A DNA stretch of 64,000 nt from contig NC_068990.1 of NCBI RefSeq assembly GCF_001194135.2, positions 45,894,474 through 45,958,473 on the forward strand, read 5' to 3'. Of this stretch, positions 1 through 13,216 are shown in pieces. Under the pieces are notes generated by a model, which saw only the letters and a list, made by a program, of their open reading frames with translations, did no database searches and was not told where the DNA came from. The stretch comes from Octopus bimaculoides (lineage: Eukaryota). The stretch's first letter is position 1, and each line of letters opens with the position of its first letter. A program made the translations under genes and the position numbers.

Positions 1-78
1 ATATATATTATATATATATATATTATATATATATACACATACATATATATACACACAAACATATATATATACACATAT

Positions 79-226
79 CTACACTCTCTGAGTGGTTGGC
101 GTTAGGAAGGGCATCCAGCTGTAGAAACTCTGCCAAATTAGACTGGAGCCTGGTGTTGCCATCCGGTTTCACCAGTCCTCAGTCAAATCGTCCAACCCAT
201 GCTAGCATGGAAAGCGGACGTTAAAC

Positions 227-258
<32 letters not shown>
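79..258 (+). mobile_element. Young (GAT)n-tailed retro-element 3' segment inserted in a TA/CA microsatellite
   Basis: ctacactctctgagtggttggcgttaggaagggcatccagctgtag...gcggacgttaaac(gat)n. Nearly identical to 33263-33430. Confidence 0.8.
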
Positions 259-288
<30 letters not shown>

Positions 289-765
289 CACATGCACACA
301 GACACACACACACACATATATAAAACATGTATTTGTTTGCATTAAGTACTTTTATATTATTTCTTTGTTTGTACATACAAACGTATAAATACAATGGTGA
401 ACTGGTCTGACTTCACACCAACTGGTTGTTAATATCCTTTTAAAAAGGAGAACCGGTTGTTAACTTTTGGTTGGAGACTAAAGAGGGAAACTACTTGGAA
501 ATATTTATGATGTAATCACACTGTAGTATCAAATAACTACACCCAGGAATTCAGTTGGCCACTTAATGCTTCAGGGCAAAATTTAATCAATGTATTTTTC
601 TGTGTAGCATTTTATATTTTGTGTATTTGAAAAGCTTGCTTATTAACCATGTGGTCTTGAGTTCAGTCCCGTCATGCTGTACCAAGGGCAAGTACCTTCT
701 ACTATTGCTCCAGGCGAACCAAAGCCTTGTAAGTGGACTTGATAGGTGGAAACTGAAGGTTTCCT

Positions 766-1000
766 AAGGCGGCGAGCTGGCAGAAGCGTTAGCACGCTGG
801 GCGAAATGCTTAGCGGTATTTCGTCTGCCGTTACGTTTAGAGTCCAAATTCCGCCGAGGTCGACTTTGCCTTTCATCCTTTCGGGGTCGATTAACTAAGT
901 ACCAGTTACGAACTGGGGTCGATATAATCGACTTAATCCGTTTGTCTGTCCTTGTTTGTCCCCTCTGTGTGTAGCCCCTTGTGGGTAGTAAAGAAATAGG
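766..1000 (+). mobile_element. tRNA-derived SINE, family A (ggcggcgagctggcagaa head); young copy next to a family E copy (644-758)
   Basis: Pol III-like head with a B-box-like gagtccaaattcc and intact CpGs. Many other copies occur in the window, e.g. 40732-40900 (+), and 48885-49045, 54620-54830, 62231-62400 (-). Confidence 0.8.
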
Positions 1001-1185
1001 AAAGGTATCCTGTTGTGTAATTTTTGTTTGTTTACTAAGTTGACAGACTGTGATGTTTTCCTCCTTCCAATTGCAGAGAGGTTAAGTAACTCCAGCCATT
1101 TGAGTTTGACAAGTTGCTTATATAGCAAAGCACCTTGTAAGTGTGAAACCAACGGTCATTCTCAGACCAGCCATAACAAACAGCC

Positions 1186-1229
<44 letters not shown>

Positions 1230-2283
1230 GCATCTATATGTATGTATGTGTGTGTGTCTATGTATGGATATGTGCATATGCATCAGAGTGAACCTCAGTT
1301 TAGACATCATGCCATGGTTGTAAATGAGTAAAGTTGTGTATTTCCAGTCTTTGGGAAAATATCACCTTGCTTGAAAACAGATGAGGGTTGGTGACAGGAA
1401 GGGCATCTGGACATAGAAAAATCTGCCTCTACAAATCCCATCTGATCCAAGCAAGCACAGAAATGTAGATGTTAAATGGTAATGATGGTCGTGGCAGTGA
1501 TGATGACAATGATGGTGATAAAAAATTAGCAGGGTCATTAGACAGGTAGATATAATGCTTTGTGGTAAATCCCAGGTGCAACTGATACTCATTTTTAGCC
1601 GAGTGTACTGAAGTAATATAAAGTAAAGTACTTTGCTCAAGGGTACAATGCATTGCTCAGTCTGAGAATTGATTCCACAACCTAATAATTGTGAACCCAA
1701 CACACCAACTGCAAAGTCACAGACCTTGACACAAACACACGCATACACACACACACACACACACACACAGACACATGATGGGCTTCTACACAGTTCCTAC
1801 ACAATTTCATTAGTAAGACTTTAGTCAGCTCTAAGCTATAGAAGAAGATATTTGCCCTAAGTACTTCATAGCAGAATTGAACTTGGAAACCATGTGGTTG
1901 TGAAACAAATTTCCTAAAGCCCATGCCGACATGGAAGGAAGACATTAAACAATGATGATGATGAAACATGCACATGCACTCACTCACTCTCTCTCTCTCA
2001 CACACATACACACACACACACACAAACACATAATGTTAAAGCAATTAAAATAACTATGTCTTCCTAACTTATGTCAACAAAAAATGTTCTGGTTGCTATA
2101 AGCATTTCATAAACAAACAATTGCCTTGTGAATATTTATTGAATAGTTTCATATGAATGTTGTTGTCTATCTTTGCAGACCAACCAGTCATTCTTTAGAA
2201 ACTTAAACAAGTCAATACAACAATCAAAAAGCTACATGTTCTTAATTTCACCTGCAAAATATGTTCCTTTTAACTACATGTAA

Positions 2284-2621
2284 TCTATATATATAAAAAT
2301 GAGAATGTGTGTCTGTCTGTCTGTCTGTGTGAATCCCTAAAACTCGAGAACTACGCAACCAATTTCATTCAAATTTTACACATGCCTTACTTAGGGTTCC
2401 AGTTGTGTTTTAGTCAAAAAAAATTATTAACTTCTTGCAGAGTTCGAGCACACGGCAACATAATATCTCCTCCATTATTTAAGTATTACGTGTCAAAAGT
2501 GAAACAAAAACACTCATGTCAAATACTTTCACTTTAAAAATGAAACTATTCCACTAACTGAAACAATCACATTTCGATACTGTAGTGACAGATACTTTCA
2601 CAGAGAGAGAAAGAGAGAAAG

Positions 2622-2654
<33 letters not shown>

Positions 2655-3754
2655 TGTATATGTATACATATNNNNNNNNNNNNNNNNNNNNNNNNNNNNN
2701 NNNNNNNNNNNNNNNNNNNNNNNNNNNNNNNNNNNNNNNNNNNNNNNNNNNNNNNNNNNNNNNNNNNNNNNNNNNNNNNNNNNNNNNNNNNNNNNNNNNN
2801 NNNNNNNNNNNNNNNNNNNNNNNNNNNNNNNNNNNNNNNNNNNNNNNNNNNNNNNNNNNNNNNNNNNNNNNNNNNNNNNNNNNNNNNNNNNNNNNNNNNN
2901 NNNNNNNNNNNNNNNNNNNNNNNNNNNNNNNNNNNNNNNNNNNNNNNNNNNNNNNNNNNNNNNNNNNNNNNNNNNNNNNNNNNNNNNNNNNNNNNNNNNN
3001 NNNNNNNNNNNNNNNNNNNNNNNNNNNNNNNNNNNNNNNNNNNNNNNNNNNNNNNNNNNNNNNNNNNNNNNNNNNNNNNNNNNNNNNNNNNNNNNNNNNN
3101 NNNNNNNNNNNNNNNNNNNNNNNNNNNNNNNNNNNNNNNNNNNNNNNNNNNNNNNNNNNNNNNNNNNNNNNNNNNNNNNNNNNNNNNNNNNNNNNNNNNN
3201 NNNNNNNNNNNNNNNNNNNNNNNNNNNNNNNNNNNNNNNNNNNNNNNNNNNNNNNNNNNNNNNNNNNNNNNNNNNNNNNNNNNNNNNNNNNNNNNNNNNN
3301 NNNNNNNNNNNNNNNNNNNNNNNNNNNNNNNNNNNNNNNNNNNNNNNNNNNNNNNNNNNNNNNNNNNNNNNNNNNNNNNNNNNNNNNNNNNNNNNNNGTA
3401 GCTGGTCTTCTCTTGGAAGAGCCCTGCTTCTCACATGGACAACTGTATGTTGTCTGCTCAAGAGTGGGCAGCAAAAAAAAAAACCTATTTGTATATGTTC
3501 CACAAGGGAAAACAAGGAACATAGTTTACAACGAGGTGTTATAATCACAACAGCAAGAAAGTATGTACATGATCACCTTCTTTTACGAAACTTCATTGAC
3601 TTTCATATATTTATATTGATATACATATATATACGTGTGTTTGGGTGCGTGTGTGTATATACATCTCTATATATAAAGATGATGCGTAGTCTAGACGGCG
3701 TTTTTAGATATCATTATTCTCTTTAACCCGGGCAACGCCGGGTATTTCTGCTAG
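2284..3754 (+). mobile_element. Non-autonomous Helitron spanning gap 2672-3397
   Basis: Starts a|TCtatatatataaaaatgag at 2284 and ends CTAG|t at 3751-3755. A subterminal hairpin acccgg-gcaacg-ccgggt lies at 3726-3743. The element contains a helicase C-terminal remnant. Confidence 0.8.
3398..3544 (+). pseudogene. Helitron RepHel PIF1-helicase C-terminal fragment (VAGLLLEEPCFSHGQLYVVCSRVGSKKKNLFVYVPQGKTRNIVYNEVL*)
   Basis: The FSHGQLYVAxSRV...TxNIVYxEVL motif is the characteristic end of Helitron helicases. The upstream part is hidden in the gap. Confidence 0.9.
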
Positions 3755-4255
3755 TAGTTAATAAATATCTCGGATATTCTTTTATTCTTTCATATGTTTC
3801 TCTCATTGGACTGCAGCCGTACTGGTGTACCATCTTGAAGAGTTTAGTGAATTAAGTGAACCCCAGTACTTTTATGTTAAATCTGGCACTTCTTCTATTG
3901 ATTTCTTTTAGCCAAACTGTTAATGTATTTCAAAACATAAAAGATGCAAGAGCACATTTGATGCACACCAATTTCAGAAGGGCATATGAACAAAGAAAAT
4001 TTTTTTTAGTGCATTAAAGCATATAATATAGGCTCAACTTCTCATGTAGGTACCAGGGTGATTTTTTCTGAGGCATTTTTCTAGGGGAAAAAATGCATTT
4101 TATGCGTCATCAAATACGGTATGTTACAAGACTGAAAACAACCAAAAGATGGTGAGAGACAAATAAATACAAAAATGCATACACACACACACACGCACAC
4201 ACACACACACACGCATACACACATAAACCAGCAGCACCAACAACAGAACCCATCA

Positions 4256-4309
<54 letters not shown>

Positions 4310-5699
4310 TATATATCTGCATCTGTGTGTCATTGTGTTTGTTCCCATCACTACCACTTGACAACCAGCGTTGGTTTGTTTACATCTTCATAACTTAACA
4401 GCATGCACAAGAAGCCAAATGAATGAATAAATACTACTTTAAAAAAAAAGTACTAGGGTTAATTTATTCAACTAAATCCTCTCAAAGTAGTGCTCTAGCA
4501 TGGCCACAGTCTAATGGTTGGAACAAGTGAAAACATATCAAGCAACCATTTCCTTGAAACTAATCTAAAAACTGGAATTTCTTTCTGAATTCAATTTGTT
4601 TGTTTGTTTTATTATTGTCATGTGTAACAGCTAATACTTTCCTGATCTGCAACTTGCCAACAGGGATATAAGAGGAAATTGGGTTACAGGGTAACAAAAA
4701 TACTCATTAAAAAAAAAATACCTAATTGTTGTCACAGAAACAAACCTATTTGGTTCTATTTAATTGCTAATTACATTTGCATCAAGCTTTTGAAAATCAA
4801 CCCAATTCTTTTCACTGTATTAAATGTTTTCATTTTACCCCCACCCCACCACCAACACTGCCCACCCATCCATCAGTCTATCTAGCTTTATGTTTATCAG
4901 CTTTCAACTCTCTCTCTCTCCTTTCTTTGTTAATCAGTGGTTTTATTCCAAATTTTAATAGTAACTTTGAAAAACTAGTATAACTCATTTGACATCCCCT
5001 TACCGATCTTTGGATTTGTCTGTGCCACATACTTGGTTAATAACATACACTATATCTCTACTATGGACACTCTGTCATTTATGACAATGAGGGTTTCCAG
5101 TGGATCTGATCAACAGAACAGCCTGCTTGTGAAATTAACTTGCAAGTGGCTGAGTACTCCACAGAAATGCATACCCTTCATGCAGTTCTCAAGGAGATTC
5201 AGCTTGACACAGAATGTGACAAGGCTGGCCCTTTGAAATACAGGCACCACTTATTTTTGCCAGCTGAGTAGACTGAAGCAACATGTAATAAAATGTCCTG
5301 CTCAAGGACACAACATGCTGCTGGGAATTGAACTCACGACCTTACAATCATGAGCCAAATACCTTAACTATGAAGCAATGTGCCTTCACTACATACACTA
5401 TATACTTGGCTACTAACATAGCCAACAACTTTTCCCTGAACTTCTATCAGTTTCAACATTGAGAATTCTTAAGTTGATTGAATCAACCCATGTCTATTGG
5501 AGTAATTTCCCTTTATTCAACGTTTTTTCATAGCGTTTTGTCGTAATAACTGATGAGATGCCGGAGCAGACTTCAGCCCAGGTATGTGAAACTCTGAGTT
5601 TTATTATGAAAACCAACTAATTGCCACATATTATGTTTATAGATGTATGTATACATATATATACATACACACACACACATATATATGTGTGTGTGTGTG

Positions 5700-5740
<41 letters not shown>

Positions 5741-6368
5741 NNNNNNNNNNNNNNNNNNNNNNNNNNNNNNNNNNNNNNNNNNNNNNNNNNNNNNNNNNNN
5801 NNNNNNNNNNNNNNNNNNNNNNNNNNNNNNNNNNNNNNNNNNNNNNNNNNNNNNNNNNNNNNNNNNNNNNNNNNNNNNNNNNNNNNNNNNNNNNNNNNNN
5901 NNNNNNNNNNNNNNNNNNNNNNNNNNNNNNNNNNNNNNNNNNNNNNNNNNNNNNNNNNNNNNNNNNNNNNNNNNNNNNNNNNNNNNNNNNNNNNNNNNNN
6001 NNNNNNNNNNNNNNNNNNNNNNNNNNNNNNNNNNNNNNNNNNNNNNNNNNNNNNNNNNNNNNNNNNNNNNNNNNNNNNNNNNNNNNNNNNNNNNNNNNNN
6101 NNNNNNNNNNNNNNNNNNNNNNNNNNNNNNNNNNNNNNNNNNNNNNNNNNNNNNNNNNNNNNNNNNNNNNNNNNNNNNNNNNNNNNNNNNNNNNNNNNNN
6201 NNNNNNNNNNNNNNNNNNNNNNNNNNNNNNNNNNNNNNNNNNNNNNNNNNNNNNNNNNNNNNNNNNNNNNNNNNNNNNNNNNNNNNNNNNNNNNNNNNNN
6301 NNNNNNNNNNNNNNNNNNNNNNNNNNNNNNNNNNNNNNNNNNNNNNNNNNNNNNNNNNNNNNNNNNNN

Positions 6369-6443
<75 letters not shown>

Positions 6444-6649
6444 AATCCAAGTTCTGTGTTGCACCTTGCATCACCAGTAGTTAAGTAGAGTGGATAACTC
6501 TTTTTTGTTTTGTTTTGTTATTCCATATTTTGGTGGTTTCACCTTAACACTTGCCAAAGTATTGGCAGGATACTTCACATAGTAGTGGCAGCAGCAGCAG
6601 TAGCAGCAGCAGTAGTGGTAGTAGTAGTAGTAGTAGTAGACTTAATAGA

Positions 6650-7645
6650 CATCCTAGTACTTCCAGTACTTAATTGACACTTTATTTTATTGACACCTTC
6701 ATCCACCCTCTGAAAAGACAAAGTTGACCTCAGTAGGATTTTAACTGAAAATGTAAAGGGAAGTAACAAAATATGACTCCAGTGATTCTCCCAGCCACTG
6801 AACTCATCCTTCTTATAATAATAATGATAATTTGTTCAACTATAGGCAGGCACAAAGCTATTTAGGGGAAAGGGACAAGTTCATTCCATCAACCTCATGC
6901 TCAACAGTTACTTTATTTTCTCAGCCATGAAAGGAAGAATGGCAAAGTCAGCTTCAGCAGAATTTGATCTCAGAAAGTAAAGCTGAAAAAATGTCACTAA
7001 ACATTTTTTCTGACGTGCTAATGATTCTGCCAGCTTGCTGCTTAATAATAATAATTGTAATAATCCTTTGTACTATAGGTACAAGTCCTGAAATTTTAAG
7101 GGAGAGGGCTAGTTGATTACATTGCCCCTAATGCTTAAGCTGTGCTTATTTATTAACCTTAAAAGGATGAAAAGCTAAGTCAACCTCAGTGGTATTTGAA
7201 CTCGGAACATAAAGAGTCAAAAGAAATCCTTTTAAACATTTTCAAAGATATGTTAATGATTTTACAAGCTTACTGCCTTATTGGTTTTAAATTTTGGCAC
7301 AAGGCCAGCATTTTTAGGGGACAGCTTAGTTAATTAGATCGATCCCCATAACTTGAGTGGTACTTTATTTTAGTGACCCTGAATGGATGTAAAGTTGACT
7401 TGGAGAATTTGAACTCAGAATATAAAGACCTGCAACAAATACTACAGAGCATTTTTATCAGACCATTTTTATCAATTCTGTGAATCTAGCACCAGAATTG
7501 TTGTGGAGCACAGAGTGACGATAGTCATTCATCACTTGCAATAACAAACAAAAAGCAGTACTTGACTGGTATTTATTTTATCTAAAATGAAACAATGAAA
7601 AAATTAAGGTTGATCTCAGCAGGATTTGAACTCAGAATGATTTCT
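6650..7645 (-). mobile_element. Head-to-tail array of about 5 decayed family A SINE copies
   Basis: Repeated motif ggcacaagg...aaatttt...ctggtacttatttt...gaaaggatgaaaggcaaagttgacctcagcaggatttgaactcagaa, mostly separated by (AAT)n-like spacers. Confidence 0.75.
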
Positions 7646-8715
7646 TTATCTACCGCTGTGGTGACACCAGTACAAAATTTGTTGAGTGCATGCACAGATG
7701 AAGATAAACATTACACTGTGTATGCACATAAATAAAATGCAAATTTGAAGTCATGCATATAAGCACACATTCACACACACATACACACTGAGAGCCCTTC
7801 TAGACTATATGAATTTTTCTCACAAGAGAATCTTGTGTCTTCTAAACGAAGCAAAGAAAAGATGTTCCCTGAGTGAAAAGCATGATATAGTTATTCACCA
7901 CTTCTACTCAATTGTTCAGGGATAGTTTCCACTCAACCAATTTCTTAATGAGATTGGTTATCCTGGTTGTACCCTCAATCTAGTTCTTATTCATATGAGA
8001 GCTGTGGCACAAAACATAGAGGAAGGGTTTAACAGTCTACCCTTCTTTGAAATGGTTAAGTAAAGTGCTTCAGAAATCTGCACATCGGAAGGTGGACATT
8101 AAATGATGACGATGATGATGAATAGTGCTATGGCCACCATTATACTTGCACATCTTCCATCCAGATCTATCAAACAGCTTTCATGTGAATATGTTTTCCT
8201 GCATGAAAAACATGTAAGATATAGTGGAAAGGCATTTCTGTTGTTGCTTGCATGTCAGTTGTCAGGTCTTTCTCACAAGCTTTTTTTTTTTCTTTAGTTA
8301 TTTAGTTAATCTACTAATCCTCCTTTCAAATATAATTTTTGTTACACAGCCCCAGGACATCCCTGACTGCACAGACCTATGATCACAGCATTCCAGCTAT
8401 AATCATACCATTTTGTTTTTTTAAGGCAGACTGTATCTAGGAGTACATTCTGCCTCTGTTTTTAAGACTGTAGTACGAGTATTGAGGAATTTAGTTGTTC
8501 TTTCTAGCAGGTTGAGCAACCATGTAGATGCTCCCTCATTGATTTGTTTGAATACAGTATTTTCTTATTCTAGTTTCTTAATGAAAACTAAGCAATTCTA
8601 CTTTGTTTGCTTTTTAACCAATCCACTATAATTTATAAAAATGTCTGTGATAAAATTTTTCTATGGTGGAATGAAGTAGATAAAGTTATAAATAAGTGTT
8701 TAAATATTTGGTTAA

Positions 8716-9251
8716 CCTTTTAGCATTCAGATTATTCTGTCAAATGTAATGCTTATTGATTCACATTGTTTTCAATTAATCATTTATTTTCTCATAGCTT
8801 CAAGGTTTCAATGATGTGATTGTTTATTTTTAGAATGGGGTAGGTGTGAGAGGCCAGATCTAGCTTAACAGGTAGAATATTTGAGACAGATACGGTCAGT
8901 TTAAATGCTAAACAGTGGTTCCCAACCGGAGTCCATATAAAATTTTGGTGGATCCATGTAACAAAATAGTAAACTGGAGATCCACAATAATTTTATGGAC
9001 CCCTGAAAAAACTTTGCTTTAGATGTACATGTTGGCATTTATTGCAAGAAACAGCTAGGTTTCTTTCTTTAACATTTTATATAGTTCAACCTGCACAAGT
9101 TAATGTGTGAAAAACAAAACAGGAATTTTGAAAGAAGTATCTATAAAACTAGTTTTTAAATCCCAAATGACTATGGTGGGGTCCACCAGAATAAAATAGT
9201 AATCAATGGGGTCTATAGATGAAAATGGTTGAGAACCCTTGTGCTAAAGGG
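8716..9251. mobile_element. piggyBac-type MITE (TTAA-flanked) interrupted by a hAT MITE
   Basis: ttaa|ccttttagcatt...atgctaaa[insert]gtgctaaaggg|ttaa. The body matches the uninterrupted copy at 56868-57087. Confidence 0.7.
8913..9240. mobile_element. hAT (Charlie/Buster-like) MITE
   Basis: TIR cagtggttcccaacc with a degenerate ggttgagaaccctt at the right end. 8-bp TSD atgctaaa/gtgctaaa (7/8). Confidence 0.75.
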
Positions 9252-9609
9252 TTAAAAAACTCTTTGGATGGAAAAAAAGGTAAAGGTTGCCAGAGGGACA
9301 CAAACTCATATCTTTTGTAAATGTTTCAGGTTTTTAAAATAAGTACACCTTACCCCTGGACTTTGATAATTTAAGGTGAAGGAAAGCATATTTATTTTTA
9401 GGGTCATAAGAGTTATAGGAAAATATACTTCTTTATTATTCAGTAGTGTGACTTAGTTCCCAAGGTTCATTTGGATTTGGTGACCTTAACAACAAAACAT
9501 AAACACCTTCCTATTATTACAAATGATCCCAATGAAAAGAATGAAAATATCAGGTCTGGAAAAAAAACAAAAAAACACAAGGCCTAAAAGCAAAAAAGAA
9601 AACAAAACA

Positions 9610-9632
9610 ACACCACCACCACCACCACCACC

Positions 9633-9690
<58 letters not shown>
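9610..9690. repeat. Compound (CCA)n-(CAA)n microsatellite; representative of dozens of (TA)n, (CA)n, (GA)n, (GAT)n and (TAA)n tracts
   Basis: Read directly from the sequence. Most N-gaps are flanked by such tracts. Confidence 0.95.
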
Positions 9691-9691
<1 letters not shown>

Positions 9692-10614
9692 AAAGAAAGC
9701 CCAGCCTCAAGCAACACATTCCTAATTCCTATTTTCTTTGCTAAGATTTTTCCCTTACACTATGGTTGTCACAGTTAACAGCTTGATCTGGCTATTGTTT
9801 AAGAGATGACAGGTCAATAGGTTGTTGTCATGATTTTAAAGGGTGATGATGAAAGCAAAACAACTGGAACTTAAGGCACCTGTAGTGTTGTTGTTTTCTT
9901 TGTCATATGGGGAGAGAGAGAGAGATAGGGAGACCTAGTATTATTGGAGTGTCAGTGAACACTGTTATGGGGTAAAGGTGGGAGGGAGGTCAAATTCATT
10001 AGGTTCATTATGAAGGACCCAATGTTGTAGCTTCCTGTTACAAGATGATTGTAATTTGTGTGGTGTGTTTGTGTCAGTGTATGTTGCTTTAAACATTTGT
10101 TCCTTCTCACCTATTTTGTTAATATTTCTGTTGGGGGCTAGATGAACATATATTTAGATAAGGTGATGGGGAAATAAGATTGGTTTCTTTTTTTTTTTGT
10201 TCCTTTNNNNNNNNNNNNNNNNNNNNNNNNNNNNNNNNNNNNNNNNNNNNNNNNNNNNNNNNNNNNNNNNNNNNNNNNNNNNNNNNNNNNNNNNNNNNNN
10301 NNNNNNNNNNNNNNNNNNNNNNNNNNNNNNNNNNNNNNNNNNNNNNNNNNNNNNNNNNNNNNNNNNNNNNNNNNNNNNNNNNNNNNNNNNNNNNNNNNNN
10401 NNNNNNNNNNNNNNNNNNNNNNNNNNNNNNNNNNNNNNNNNNNNNNNNNNNNNNNNNNNNNNNNNNNNNNNNNNNNNNNNNNNNNNNNNNNNNNNNNNNN
10501 NNNNNGGGGGCTATTTTAACTTTCTTTTTCAGCTGTTGTTGTTATTTTTAGTTGTGTGGCCTGCCTGATGAGTCATATCTCATATAGCCTACTTCTCAAA
10601 AAAAAAAGGCTGCC

Positions 10615-11120
10615 TATGCCTGGTCCCTATCATCAACCCCAATATTTGACTGGTACTTTATTTTATCAACCTCAAAAGGATGAAAGGGAAACTGACCCCA
10701 GCAAGATTTAAAGCCCCAAGAAAAAGTGCCAGAGGATGTACATCAATAAATAATAGTACTATTGGTAACAAATAATACTTTTACTATAGACACAAGGCCT
10801 GAAATTTTGGGGGAGGGAACTAGTTGATTCGAGTGACCCCAGTGCTCAACTGGTGCTTATTTTATTGACCCTGAAAGTATGAAAGGGAAGATTGAACTCA
10901 GTAGAATTTCAACTGAGCATGCAAAGCCAGAAAAAATGCTGCTTAGCATTTTGCCTAGCATGCTAATGATTCTGCCAGTTTGGTGCGTTAAGGACAATGA
11001 TAAATAATGACAATAAGATTGTATCTAATACAGGCCATGGCCAGAAATTTTTGGAGGAGAAAAATGTTCAATAATTCTTTAACTTGTACTTTATTTATTG
11101 ACCCCAAAATTTTTAAACCT
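10615..11120 (-). mobile_element. Head-to-tail array of 3 decayed family A SINE copies
   Basis: Same motif set repeated three times with (AAT)-rich spacers; CpGs converted to TG/CA. Confidence 0.7.
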
Positions 11121-12384
11121 CCAAATTTAAGGATATGCACTATGCACAAGTGCCAAATGTTACCCATGTTTTCCTAGTTCCAAGTGTGTGATCACATTTC
11201 AAATGGTAGGACCTGAAGTAAGTTATATCTGTTGTCCGAGTTAACTGAGATGTATATACAGTCTGGCACTCTGTTGCTTATGACAATGAGGGTTCCAGTT
11301 GATCGGATCAGTGGAACAGACTGCTCGTGAAAGTAATGTACAAGTGACTGAGCCCTCCACAGACATGCATACTGTATACTATTAATGTAGTTTTCAGGGA
11401 GATTCAGCATGACAAGGCTGGCCCTTTGAAACACATGTACAACTTATTTTTGTCAGCTGAGTGTACTGGAGCAACATGAAATAAGACATCTTACTCAAGA
11501 ACACAACATGCTTGTGGGTATTGACCTTATGACTTTATGATCAAGAGCAAAATACCCTAACCACAAAGCCTTCATACATGTATATATAACAAACAGTTTA
11601 AATCACAATAATAATGCTAAACTTTTCTATGATAGCAATGATATATTATAAAGATCTAAATTTTATACTGATGGTGAATACAATATTTACGATAGCTACC
11701 ATGCATGGTTGCCCACGTTGGAGATCATATCGATCAATGTCTAACAAAATTTTGCTCATTTTGTTGATATGAAGTAAAATCAGATAATAAAAAGTGACAA
11801 TGGTAGCAATAAAACATTTTTTGTTTTGCTTGTTTTGTTTTTGTTTTTTGTTTTCTTTTCCCATCTAGACAGAAATTTGTACTATAAATACAATTTCAAC
11901 ATAGTTTATATCCCTTGAAATTACAGATGAAACACTGTGCGAAGAGGCTTAATTTAAATTTCTTTTAATTTTTGAAAATTTGAAATGTTATGTTTCAGAA
12001 TATTAAAATTCTGAATTAAAAAAATTTCCTAACAAAAAATTTTGAATAATTTGTTTTTTAAATTAAAAACAAAAGCATTTTGCTAGATCTTGAATGTCTA
12101 ATGTTTAAAATTTCTTAACTCCAAAGACATTTTCTTTAACATGCATGATAAAATTATTGGAGAAATTTTATAAATCTATGCTTGCGAGAATAAATGGTGA
12201 AATGTATCACTGTAAAATAAATTTTGTGTATAAAGCGATGTCAAAGGTCAGTAAGGTCTCGTCTACATTTTCAATTTGTTGCAGGATGATGCCATTGCAA
12301 ATGGATGAAATGCTAAAATTCATTTAACTCATCTTTGAAAAACTTTCTTGTTCTGTTGAGTTTAAGAGACTTTATGCTATGTAA

Positions 12385-12542
12385 GTCCAGCAACGAAATG
12401 TCTCTCCATTAAGCAATGACTTCACCAAGTACTGGCTTTGAGGGCATTGATCCATTATCTTGAGATATACGCTAGCAGTACTGATTCCAGTACAGGCTGT
12501 TCTGCATTTCTTCATTCATTCAATCAGCTCTTTTTCCAACTT
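12385..12542 (-). mobile_element. Decayed pogo/Tigger-like transposase HTH remnant
   Basis: KLEKELIE*MKKCRTACTGISTASVYLK, then a frameshifted LKASTW*SHCLMERH, resembling the CENP-B/Tc5 HTH region (LExxLxEW...FKASxGWxxRFMxRH). The match is weak and interrupted. Confidence 0.45.
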
Positions 12543-13216
12543 CAGAAATGTTGCATACTCTCCTATATCTGCCTTCTTTCAACTTCAATATGTATTGAAA
12601 TCTAAATTTGTTTTTGGATCATAATCAAATGCTTTTAAACTCAGAACATCTAAAATAATGATGATTAGCTGCCTGCTTCCCATTTCCCTCTGTAGCTGTC
12701 CCTAATTATTTTTTACACTACAAGCTAGTTTCAGTCAAGGAAATTTTCCCATTGACTGAGGACCAGGAGCATAACAAAACAATAAAATTCATAATACATC
12801 CTTTAATTATGACCTATGTGATATATGTATATTACATATATAATGCAAAAAACACCCTGCAGACTGCAAAAGTCAATAAAACAGAATTATGATTTTAAAA
12901 TTTATTTTTCCTGTGTGGCCCAGCACCAAATGATTCACAGCCCAGGGGTTGGGGACCCTTTTTCAGTGTCTTATTGCATGACATGTTCTAGTAGAACTAA
13001 TAAAAAAATAAGAAAGATAGTTTTTGAATTTGCTTCATTTAAGATGTATGAATAAATCTGACTAAACATAGATTGTAATACAAAAAAAGGGGCAATGTGT
13101 ATACATGAATGCATGTACCATAATCAAGTGTGCCTGCGTTCACTTTGCTTGGCAACAAGAGTTGCTGATGTCGATAAATGATGATATTTATTTGATTAAA
13201 TATATTTGTATATTGT

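Noticed and set aside
6650-7645. Repeat-spacer-like periodicity reminiscent of CRISPR
   Set aside because: The units are about 200-bp diverged SINE copies in a eukaryotic intron; there are no identical short repeats and no cas genes.
9507-9556. Very strong minus-strand pyrimidine tract and acceptor before PDIFILFIGIICNNRK
   Set aside because: The tract derives from an A-rich low-complexity run; the peptide does not match the expected PLK exon 3 and there is no good donor.
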